NCBI GenBank assembly: GCA_965224465.1
Contig: OZ245049.1
Coordinates: 450,001 to 482,000 of the forward strand
Length of the DNA: 32,000 bases
Reading direction: 5' to 3'
From: Flavobacteriaceae bacterium
GTDB taxonomy: Bacteria > Bacteroidota > Bacteroidia > Flavobacteriales > Flavobacteriaceae
In this document: in pieces, positions 9,837 through 18,736 of the stretch
Numbering within the stretch: the stretch's first letter is position 1
Layout of the letters: every line of letters starts with the position of its first letter
Notes under the pieces: model-generated
Told to the model about the DNA's origin: nothing
Seen by the model: only the letters and a program-made list of their open reading frames with translations
The model's database searches: none
Program-made: the position numbers and the translations under genes

Positions 9837-10224
9837 TAGATATTTTTACGTATAAAACTATTGAAAATGATACAATTATATGGGAAAGTATATAGAACTA
9901 AGTGAACAGTATATCCATACAGATTTTGTTGGGATATTACGGAAGACAACGCATAAACAACGTTAAAACTAATAAAATAGTATTCTAAAAAAGAGACTAG
10001 AATAGATCTTCAGGAAATAAAGAATTTCAAACGCATCGTACTACACCACCAACATTCGTAAGCCTGGTAAAAACAAGACTATTCATCGTTTGTATATAAA
10101 AAACAAGCACTGCTTACAGAATTGAATCAGCAGGTCCAAGAACCTGTTTTTAAACAGTTCTTTAGAAATTGATGGCTATGAACAAAAGATAAACGAACTT
10201 TAGGCATTTAAAATTAAACAGACA

Positions 10225-10584
10225 ATGCAGGTTACAGATATCATAGGGCAATTTTCAATTTCAGGGACCAATCAAGACGAAACCAGCGCATCTTACGAAG
10301 GCACTTTAAGCTTAAAACTAAGTCCAGATGGAAGAATTAAAGCGCATTGGTTTATAAATGGTGATCAAATACAAAAAGGAACAGGATTTTTTAAAAACAA
10401 CATTCTAGTTCTTAATTTCAAATATACGGGAGAAGACAAGATGACATATAAAGGCGTGGCTGTGTACAGATGTCTGAGCAAAGATATTCTAGATGGTTTT
10501 TGGTCTGAGAAATACGGAGATCCTTTGTATTTAGGGGAAGAGCGCTGTTTCCGTATAAAATCTGGAGACATGTTACTAGATTAA
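10225..10584 (+). CDS. Hypothetical protein (119 aa, no recognisable motif or signal peptide)
   Basis: The ORF is isolated between intergenic regions and is followed by a hairpin terminator. No family was recognised. Confidence 0.5.
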   Translation: MQVTDIIGQFSISGTNQDETSASYEGTLSLKLSPDGRIKAHWFINGDQIQKGTGFFKNNILVLNFKYTGEDKMTYKGVAVYRCLSKDILDGFWSEKYGDPLYLGEERCFRIKSGDMLLD

Positions 10585-10639
10585 GAAATCGGATGATTCA
10601 AATGGGCGCTTCCATATAATGATGCGACTTTAAAAAAAC

Positions 10640-10880
10640 AAGGTGGAGGAAAATGTATGTGTAGTCAGCATGTAAAAAACCACAACATTTCTGCTGTGGT
10701 TTATAATTTTAATTACTGGTTTTACTCATTGACGCTACATTAAAGATTCGTGCCGTAGTGATGGCGGATATTCGTGCGGCATCAGGGGATTCTCTTTCTA
10801 GGCACGGATTTAAAATCTGCGCTATCGCGTTGGTGGTATATCCAAGCTTTCGGGTATAAACAACCTTGGCCCTCTTTTTA
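10640..10880. repeat. Composite intergenic repeat R2, copy A
   Basis: Shares collinear blocks with 27880-28085. These are ggag.aaaatgtatgtg...catgtaaaaaaccacaaca and a 33-nt near-identical core (10746-10778 versus 28016-28048) holding two (A/T)ATTCGTGC boxes 24 nt apart. Confidence 0.6.
10674..10710. terminator. Bidirectional rho-independent-type terminator
   Basis: aaaaaaCCACAacatttctgcTGTGGtttataatttt: an AAACCACA/TGTGGTTT stem flanked by an A-run and a T-run. It lies between the convergent genes 10225-10584 (+) and 10938-13742 (-). Confidence 0.6.
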
Positions 10881-10937
10881 TTTCCTAAATACTTTCTAAA
10901 TTTAATGTTTTACAAACTTAGATTGGTATAATACTTC

Positions 10938-13742
10938 TTAACTACATAATTGCGCTAAAATGGTAGGGTCTTGAATCTTAGCATCTTCTGATAGCAGTTT
11001 CATTTTAGAAATAATTTCTGCAGATTTTGGATCGTCATCAATAAAAGGCAAAAACAAACGTCCACGATGCTGACTATGCACAGGAATAATAGATAAACTC
11101 ACTCCGTTTTTACTTACAATCCCACTTCCTAAATGTATGGTATAGTCACCTAATTTTCCATGGATAAGAATATGACGTTCTTTAACAACTACATTATCGA
11201 GTTGGAATAAAACAGCTGATTCTCTGCACAAAACAGCCCGCATTTCCATGGTAGAATAACTCGCCTCAGGATCCACTCCTCCCACATGAGCCACACTAAC
11301 TACCAAGTCAACATCACGCATCACCTCACTAAAAACAACTGAATTTACATCCTTTAAAGCGATTGGTTTATAGTCCTTTTCACTGTAAAAACAAACATAT
11401 TCTAACGTAGGTGCTTCAATATCAGAAGGCGAATACCAATCTGCCATGGCATACATACTTACAACATATCCCTTTTTGTGATACACCTTTTGCAATCCTT
11501 CATCATAATCTACAGTCCAACCTCTTGATCGGAGTAACGAAACCGTTTTTCTAGGTTGAATTTGATGTCCTTGATACCTTTGAGAACGTGTTCCTGTTTC
11601 AATTTCATTTTTGGTAACCACATACAACTCTCTAAAAATTTGTTTAAAAGGCTGTGTCAACTGCTTGGTAAACGCATGTTTTTGATACATGGATAACGTC
11701 TTACTCGTAAACAGATGTGATGCATGCGCAATCACAAAACGGTCTGTTCCCTCAACCATTAATTGATGATTTTCTAAAGTATAGATTCCGTCAATTTTCC
11801 AAAATCCAGACTGCTTTGTCTTCTTATTAAACAATACCAATTTTCCTAACAGCACTTTTACAATAGGATGTTCCATGATAATCGCTAGTTCATGAACGCT
11901 AAACTCGTCTTCAAGAATCATGGCATCCTCAAGCGATTTTCTAGTTCTAGTATATTGATTTTTTAAATACCTTCTCCCCTCTTGCAATGCTATAATTGCC
12001 TTCTCTTTTTTTAATTTGACAGGCAAACTTTTTAATGACTTTCCGTTTTTCTGGACGTTTAAATCCGCTTTCCCAAAAGTATCTATACGTAATTCAACTT
12101 TAAACACATCTATTTCAACAATGGCATTTTTCATGATCTCTAAGGTTGCTTTCGCTTCCATTGCCCATGAAAAACGAATCCTATCTTCAAAACCTGCATT
12201 TCTAGAAAGGTTGTCTAAGCCAATTTCTACTGCCTTCTTCTCACTTTCTTGCCGTTGTGCACCAAATTGTTTACGCTCTTTTAAAAAGCATTGTAACACA
12301 TTGTAACGTTGCAATACATCTTTCTCTCTATTTGTTTTACTCAAAGGAATCAAGCCCAAAGCTTTGACATATATTTTATCTCGTTTTTCCTTGATTTTTA
12401 ATATGGTTTCTCTGATTTTTAATTCTCCAAGCATTACATTGGAATACAATTTCACTTGGCGATGCGCATGCCCGTCTGAAATGTATTTAGACCCTTCGTG
12501 AATTATTTTCCAATTTGCTTTACCTAAAGCTGTATACACTTCCTGAAACCAATAAACATCAAAAGCACCTTCTTGAAAATCTTGTTTATCAATGGACGAA
12601 TACCGTGCAACTATAGCCTCTTTTTCTTTACTCATATAGTCGGAAGCATGGGCATGGAACCACCAGACCGCACTTTCTAAAGCAGGCATCCCAAGCAACT
12701 GACCTATCCATGGCACTAAATGAGGAACATAACACGCCACTTCTATCCATCTTTTTTTACTGATGTTAGATTTTCCAGCTTTTTCTATAAAATCGTCCAC
12801 CGTTTCACTTTCTAAAGGATGACAATGTTTTATTAAATAGCTAAACACCTCTTTCTTAGAATCCCCGTAATAATACCCTCTAGTAAAATTCTCTTTTTCT
12901 AGGCGATCTAACAATTTAAACAGATAGTCAATCCCCGATACGTTGGATATATTACAAATATACCGCGTTACTTCTGTAGGTAAATCTCCCCTTTCTAACT
13001 CAATATCAATAATTCTATTTTTCAAACTTTTGAAGAGATGAAAAGGCAATACTTCGTTTTTAAACGCTCTTACTTTATACTTATTTTGCCCCGTCTGATC
13101 TAGTAATTTCATAAAATCATCACTCAATAATAATTGAAATTGAAAATCTTCTTCCGTAATAAGCTTATTTTTATAAGCATGGTAGCTAATAAAATCCAAT
13201 GGGGCATTCACTTTTTGATATTGGGTAGCTGTCAAGACATCTATTGATTTTGGTAATTCCGGAGCATTGACAGCACAAGCAGCAATATACATTCTTAAAT
13301 CATAGTAACGTTTTAAAGCCTGAGGATTGTTAATCATTTCTGTTTGAAACTGGCATAAACATGGACCTAAGCCAATGCAAGCTATCAAATTGTACCACCC
13401 TATTCCAACAGCGTATCCCCTTCCGTCTAGCGGTATTTCATTCTTTTTAAATGATGTAGGTAAACGTGCAATCATGTCCTCTAATTCGTCTATTTTATAA
13501 CGTAACAATACGTCAGTATCCGCATACGCCTTAAAAAAACAATTCAAAATAAAATAGGCATTCTCATCCCGATTTCTATACTTACTTTTTGGTTTTAAAT
13601 GATGTCCTTTTAAGTCAGGGATATAGGATTTCAGAAAAGGAATAAGCGTTTTACATTCAGAATATGGGAGTGCTGGATTATTGGCGTAATGCAAAGCCGT
13701 CATCAATTCAAAACTATTCAATTTATGCTTCTCATACCACAT
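10938..13742 (-). CDS. DUF4132 (MolR/YehI-like) domain protein with a conserved acidic C-terminal module, 934 aa
   Basis: The block IVKVLLGKLVLF..FVIAHASHLF..QPFKQIFRELYVVT..SQRYQGHQIQ..LLRSRGW matches my recollection of the DUF4132 signature. C-terminal segment: MRDVDLVVSVAHVGGVDPEAS ... HLGSG ... LFLPFIDDDPKSAEIISK. The start lies 3 nt after the stop of the upstream gene. Confidence 0.7.
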   Translation of the reverse strand: MWYEKHKLNSFELMTALHYANNPALPYSECKTLIPFLKSYIPDLKGHHLKPKSKYRNRDENAYFILNCFFKAYADTDVLLRYKIDELEDMIARLPTSFKKNEIPLDGRGYAVGIGWYNLIACIGLGPCLCQFQTEMINNPQALKRYYDLRMYIAACAVNAPELPKSIDVLTATQYQKVNAPLDFISYHAYKNKLITEEDFQFQLLLSDDFMKLLDQTGQNKYKVRAFKNEVLPFHLFKSLKNRIIDIELERGDLPTEVTRYICNISNVSGIDYLFKLLDRLEKENFTRGYYYGDSKKEVFSYLIKHCHPLESETVDDFIEKAGKSNISKKRWIEVACYVPHLVPWIGQLLGMPALESAVWWFHAHASDYMSKEKEAIVARYSSIDKQDFQEGAFDVYWFQEVYTALGKANWKIIHEGSKYISDGHAHRQVKLYSNVMLGELKIRETILKIKEKRDKIYVKALGLIPLSKTNREKDVLQRYNVLQCFLKERKQFGAQRQESEKKAVEIGLDNLSRNAGFEDRIRFSWAMEAKATLEIMKNAIVEIDVFKVELRIDTFGKADLNVQKNGKSLKSLPVKLKKEKAIIALQEGRRYLKNQYTRTRKSLEDAMILEDEFSVHELAIIMEHPIVKVLLGKLVLFNKKTKQSGFWKIDGIYTLENHQLMVEGTDRFVIAHASHLFTSKTLSMYQKHAFTKQLTQPFKQIFRELYVVTKNEIETGTRSQRYQGHQIQPRKTVSLLRSRGWTVDYDEGLQKVYHKKGYVVSMYAMADWYSPSDIEAPTLEYVCFYSEKDYKPIALKDVNSVVFSEVMRDVDLVVSVAHVGGVDPEASYSTMEMRAVLCRESAVLFQLDNVVVKERHILIHGKLGDYTIHLGSGIVSKNGVSLSIIPVHSQHRGRLFLPFIDDDPKSAEIISKMKLLSEDAKIQDPTILAQLCS

Positions 13743-13745
13743 TTT

Positions 13746-15932
13746 TCAAACATCTGGAAGGGGTAAATACTGTAGGCGTTCTTGAGCATCTATTCCCTTA
13801 ACATTGCGTACAAACTCAATTTCTTTCTCTAAAATTGTAGTTACAATAGCACCATAATAATCATGGTATTGATACTCGTAGTTTTTATTTTCAGCAAGGA
13901 GAAAAACCAAGTCATTGATGGCAGTAACAAGTTTTTTGATATTTATTACTGCAGGATAGAGCAAGGAACTCGAAGTAGCAAACACCCGTTCTATAAATCC
14001 TTTTTTAACTGTTGATTCCAAGCATAATTTAGGATCTAATAAGGGTGATATATTTTTGTAATTGATGAGTCCAAATCCATTTTTAAAATGATATTCCTTA
14101 ACAGTCCCTTCAAATTTATCAATAAATAACTGCTCATTTTTAATAATTTTAGCCCTTGTCATATACGCTTGAATGATGGACGCATTGAAATCTAAAAATG
14201 ACGGATGGTCTATTAATTTTGAAATAATTTCTAAACCTGCCAAACGTTGGTCTATTTTTTTTGATACCACTATATGTTCTACAATTCTCTTTATCTCTAA
14301 ATCATCCTGCGCAAGCACTAAGGAAATAAGGCTTGTTCGTATCTCTTTATTTTTTTTCGCAAGCAATCCCTCTATTTTCAGCATATCCAAAGGTGTTATC
14401 CTAATGGACTTTAACACCCGTAAACTTGTGGCTAGTACAGAAATATTACGATCATTTAAACCTTGATACATTACCTGTTTTTCCCAAGAAGTGTCACTAA
14501 GCTTTATGGGGGTAATTTTATCTGACGACGCTCCTACTGACCAATTAAAATGATTTGGAAACACAACTCGCATATATTTTTCTCTAGATTCGGAAGGCAA
14601 TTCTGAAATATTTTGAGCCAATAATTCTAACTGTGCCGCTTGACTATTTGCAATGGTAAAATCATAAAAGAAATTGGGTGTAATTTTATAATAGCTCCAT
14701 AAGAACACCTGCCCATTATGTACTGTACCTTTGCTAGGAAGTGATTTTGCAGTACGGTATATTTTACAAAACAAATCGTCTTTTATTTTAACAGAAAACA
14801 CATTTTTAAGCAACCAATAATCCACTTCTACATCTGCTCCAAAATTGGCTTCTACGTAGGCATACAAATGTGTGCTAGACCTACCTGTAGTATTGATAAA
14901 CATACAGGCTAGTAATTTTTTTTCTTTGCATCCCTTTTCTAGAATATGTACTGCATGCAAATTTGCTTGATCTACATCCGTGAGTCCGATATACCACAAA
15001 GCGATATACACTTCCAAATTGTCGTTGCTTTTTAAAGCTTGCGCCACGAGCAAGGAATTTTCAAAAAACGAAGCACTTATTTCTAACACCCGTTTTACTG
15101 TCGTTTTTTTAGGAGCTTCCCATCCAAAACCAAACCAGCAGTTCACAGCACGAATCACACTACTAAAGCGCATTAAATCATGCTGTAAAATAATGGTTAT
15201 AAAATAATGTAGCGCCCCTAAATGGGTTTCATCCAATACTTCTAAAATAGTTTGACGAAGCCCTTCTTGGCGCTGAGCTGCAATTAATAAGTCCGCAACT
15301 AATTTCCAATTTTCTTCTTTATCGCTTAGTAATAATCCTTTTAAAATACTTCTAGAAACCCCTCCTATTTCGTCTTCAGATTGTAGAATATCTTTCACCA
15401 AGTTTCTAATTTCAGGGTCTCGTTCTGAGAAAATAACCGCAAAAATATATTCGTAACCAGTGCCTTCAAAATAGACATTAAATCGAATGAGTTCTTTTAT
15501 ATCCATTCCCTTAAATCCTTTATCTAATGATTCAAAAATCTGGGTAAGCACACTAAATTTGTTTGTTGTATAGGCATCGGAAGGCTGGATACGAAAAGAA
15601 CGACGTGCGTATCCCATTTGATATGGCGATGTATTTAAAAGATTCCAGACGTTGGGAATGTATTCTGAGATAACCGATCCGAAAATAAGAAGTATCAATT
15701 GTTTCCCCTCTTTTTCTAAAAACGGATTCAACATGGCATCCTCTCCAAAATGCTGTTTGTAGAGTTTTAGCTCTTTATGAACATCCCTATAATAACCGAT
15801 TTTAGGGATAAAACCACAAATAATACTACCTAAAACCTTATATTTTTCACTAAAACTACTAAAATCATTCTCTATTATTTTCTGTTGTTTTTTGGACGCA
15901 ATTAATGCCAGCGCTGTTTCTTTTTGAATCAT
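13746..15932 (-). CDS. Hypothetical protein, 728 aa, apparently all-helical, middle gene of the operon
   Basis: Long uninterrupted ORF, spaced 16 nt and 3 nt from its neighbours. No motif recognised. Confidence 0.75.
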   Translation of the reverse strand: MIQKETALALIASKKQQKIIENDFSSFSEKYKVLGSIICGFIPKIGYYRDVHKELKLYKQHFGEDAMLNPFLEKEGKQLILLIFGSVISEYIPNVWNLLNTSPYQMGYARRSFRIQPSDAYTTNKFSVLTQIFESLDKGFKGMDIKELIRFNVYFEGTGYEYIFAVIFSERDPEIRNLVKDILQSEDEIGGVSRSILKGLLLSDKEENWKLVADLLIAAQRQEGLRQTILEVLDETHLGALHYFITIILQHDLMRFSSVIRAVNCWFGFGWEAPKKTTVKRVLEISASFFENSLLVAQALKSNDNLEVYIALWYIGLTDVDQANLHAVHILEKGCKEKKLLACMFINTTGRSSTHLYAYVEANFGADVEVDYWLLKNVFSVKIKDDLFCKIYRTAKSLPSKGTVHNGQVFLWSYYKITPNFFYDFTIANSQAAQLELLAQNISELPSESREKYMRVVFPNHFNWSVGASSDKITPIKLSDTSWEKQVMYQGLNDRNISVLATSLRVLKSIRITPLDMLKIEGLLAKKNKEIRTSLISLVLAQDDLEIKRIVEHIVVSKKIDQRLAGLEIISKLIDHPSFLDFNASIIQAYMTRAKIIKNEQLFIDKFEGTVKEYHFKNGFGLINYKNISPLLDPKLCLESTVKKGFIERVFATSSSLLYPAVINIKKLVTAINDLVFLLAENKNYEYQYHDYYGAIVTTILEKEIEFVRNVKGIDAQERLQYLPLPDV

Positions 15933-15948
15933 AATTATTTGTATTATT

Positions 15949-16371
15949 TTACCAGAAGGTTCCTGTTAAAAATGTAAGACGCATAAAGGTAATTTCACTC
16001 TTTTCATCCAAGTGTATCGTTTCAAATATATCTTTAATTTCTATGGCATCTATAAAAACAACAAAAACACCATCTTTAAAAGCGAGTAAGACATTTTCAA
16101 TTGCCGTTTCTAAGACTTCTTTTTTGGTGTTAAAAAGTACTCCCACACCTATTTTACCCGTAGTAGCTTTTTCTTGAATTACAGTAGTGCTTAAAAAAGA
16201 AAGCATGTTCTTATTTTCTGTTCTTGTATTAAACCGATGCACTTCACTACGTACACATTCCATAAGGAGTTCTCTTAAATTTGTTGGCTGTTGCAGGACT
16301 TCAATAGGGTAAACATGCACCCTTTTTTTTCCTAAGCGCCTTAATTTTACAGTGATTATTTGTGTACTCAT
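15949..16371 (-). CDS. Hypothetical protein, 140 aa, first gene of the operon
   Basis: ORF 16 nt upstream of the 728-aa gene on the same strand. No motif recognised. A minus-strand TACATTTG (plus strand 16460-16467) is a possible -7 box about 90 nt upstream. Confidence 0.6.
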   Translation of the reverse strand: MSTQIITVKLRRLGKKRVHVYPIEVLQQPTNLRELLMECVRSEVHRFNTRTENKNMLSFLSTTVIQEKATTGKIGVGVLFNTKKEVLETAIENVLLAFKDGVFVVFIDAIEIKDIFETIHLDEKSEITFMRLTFLTGTFW

Positions 16372-16865
16372 TTTATCTATTAGCTGTTTTTATTCCGTTT
16401 TATAAAAGCACTTCCAATATAGAAAATCATTTCCATTAATTGCAATGCATTTTTAGCATCAAATGTATTTGGTATTAGCACTTAACTATGTACTTCAATC
16501 TAACGAATATTTTTTCCTAATAGGCGCTCTAGCCATGGGAGTATTTCTTAGATAAAAGCAATATATTTCACACGCCAACACTCCAGAATCAAATTTTTAC
16601 GTGATACTATCATGCTCGAATCTACGTTTTTAATGAGGATTAATTCTTTCTAATTTATATTCGAATAGTTCTATTTGATATTTGATAAATACCTCCGTTT
16701 TTTATCTATTTGCACGTATTGAAACGTTTTGACTCCTTCATTGTTTCGACTCCGATGATCCAAGGGTGATCTTATACCAATCACAATCCAAAATAACCGA
16801 TATAAATAGTTTGTTTTACGTTATACGTTGTTGAGAAACAGAACTATCACTAAGGCGGTTATCTA

Positions 16866-16930
16866 ATTTTCGCCTCCTTCTTATTTTTTTAGAGATGTTC
16901 ATGACTTCCACTTCACTACAGTTCACTCAA
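16866..16930. repeat. 49-bp repeat family, variant unit (orientation A)
   Basis: ttttcgcctccttcttatttttttagagatgttcatgacttccacttcactacagttcactc. Closest to the reverse complement of the variant at 28311-28372. Confidence 0.7.
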
Positions 16931-17234
16931 TTAATTAATTTCGTGTCTACGTAAACTCTTTTGATTTTCTTATGGGATTGCAATGATGTGGGTACTTACA
17001 CAAGTAATTATGCCTCTGTATACCGCTTACTCGTCATTAATTTATTTAACACAAAAGAAACTCCTAAGTTGCTCTACTTAAATTTGTTTAGCCTGCCCCG
17101 TAATTGATGCGGAGTCAGTACCGAGATTTGTAGAAGTATATTCTTATGCCTCAATCGCAAATAATCTTCAGATAAAACGGCACGAATTATACCCTAGCGA
17201 TTTACTAATAAGTATTCACAGTTTCCAATTTTAT

Positions 17235-17305
17235 GGAGCTCCTGATAGCTTCGCAGTTATTCACTCCCTTTTATTTTTTTAGAGGTGCTCATGATAGCTA
17301 CGCAG
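17235..17305. repeat. 49-bp repeat family, partial unit plus one full unit (17257-17305, orientation A)
   Basis: ttattcactcccttttatttttttagaggtgctcatgatagctacgcag differs from the consensus at 2 positions. Confidence 0.85.
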
Positions 17306-17702
17306 TTCAGAACGATACTCCTGTATATAAAGGACTTGCACCCTCTATATTAATAAACTACCTTTCGGAAAGTCAATAAGATCGGGGCAAGCCCACGAGG
17401 CATGAAAAAGAAAAAACTTAATCATTTCGATGCAAGCATCGGGGAATTAAACCCACTGATGGGATTAAAAGATACCCGTGCTGGGTACACACAACGTATA
17501 AAAATAATAAGGATTAAGTGCTAAACCAAAAGTTGGTGTATTTTAACAAAGTCCGCCAAATTTAAAACTTGACGACTAAAAGAAAATAACGGTAAAATTG
17601 TGATTTTTGCTAAGTGCTAAATTCGAAAGTAAGTACATTTTAAGCCCTTACTATTCATATACGAACCAGTTGTAAATAATGCTACCATCACATCAAAAAA
17701 AC

Positions 17703-18734
17703 ATGAAAACAAAAATACTAATATTAGCATTAATAAGTACTTTAATTATGGGGTGCCAAAAAACAAAAAAAACAAATGCTATGAATAATGAATACGAATG
17801 GAATGTCTCTATAAACGCTCCAAAAAATTTCCCTGCAACTATATACTACGCATCTTTAGATGGTGTAGAAATGAGAAGAGATGGAACTATAGATAGCGGT
17901 TGGGGTATGTCAGGTTCTTCTAGCGAAGGACTAAAAACGATACCTAAAAGACTAGATATAATATGGATTTCTTATATTGAAAATCAATTTTACAAAGGAA
18001 ACTTCTTATTAAATCAAGAAAAAATTAAACAAATTTTTGAGGAAGGTTTTTTAAATGATGTAAGAGACGGTATTACAAGGTTTCATAATTTTGAATTTGT
18101 AGTAAACGTAGCTCCAGGAGGTACAGTAGCTCTTTTTATGAAAGGCTTAGGAGGTTTTCAACGAGAAGTAGGCTTTTTTAAAGCAGAAAAAACAGAAGTG
18201 ACATGGAAACACTTTGTACCTATGGGAAATCAAAATCGTAAAGATTTTGTAGCTGTAATGTTAGAAGATGTAGATAAAGATTCATTGGCTCATTACAAAA
18301 CAAATGGAATTCCATTTGACCGTTGGGAAAATTACCGAGAATATTTTAGTTTAAAAACTACTATGCCTCCAAAATATAAAATAGATGGGTTAGTGTATGA
18401 CTCTTTTAATGGAGAACGTTATTATGGTGAAAACAATGCCTATCATATAAACGAAGACTACAATAAATTACCCATACCTAAAGAAATCATTATTAACTGG
18501 ATTGAGAAAGATAATGATGCATACAAGTATATTTCAGTATTAAACATAAAAGAAAGTGAATATACAAAAATGAGTGATTTTTTAAAAAAACACGATAATA
18601 AAGCTGATTTTTATATAGAACCCTATATTCTTATAAATGTAAGAGAAATCAATCTGTTTTTAAAAAGTGAAACTGAAAAAATAGAGATTGAACTTCTTCC
18701 GTATATTGTTAAACGTAGATTACTGAAATTTTAA
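17703..18734 (+). CDS. Lipoprotein with an internal two-fold repeat; candidate immunity protein for the adjacent phospholipase
   Basis: Signal peptide and lipobox MKTKILILALISTLIMGC, so I prefer the ATG at 17703 over the track start at 17679. Internal repeat: IPKRLDIIWISYIENQFYKG versus IPKEIIINWIEKDNDAYKY. The stop lies 2 nt before the DUF2235 start. The immunity role is inferred from adjacency only. Confidence 0.7.
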   Translation: MKTKILILALISTLIMGCQKTKKTNAMNNEYEWNVSINAPKNFPATIYYASLDGVEMRRDGTIDSGWGMSGSSSEGLKTIPKRLDIIWISYIENQFYKGNFLLNQEKIKQIFEEGFLNDVRDGITRFHNFEFVVNVAPGGTVALFMKGLGGFQREVGFFKAEKTEVTWKHFVPMGNQNRKDFVAVMLEDVDKDSLAHYKTNGIPFDRWENYREYFSLKTTMPPKYKIDGLVYDSFNGERYYGENNAYHINEDYNKLPIPKEIIINWIEKDNDAYKYISVLNIKESEYTKMSDFLKKHDNKADFYIEPYILINVREINLFLKSETEKIEIELLPYIVKRRLLKF

Positions 18735-18736
18735 TT

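Noticed and set aside
10131-10151. A small hairpin CAGGTccaagaACCTG followed by TTTTT, as a possible terminator.
   Set aside because: The stem is only 5 bp, and no plus-strand gene ends nearby (the helicase stops at 9270). It is too weak to call.
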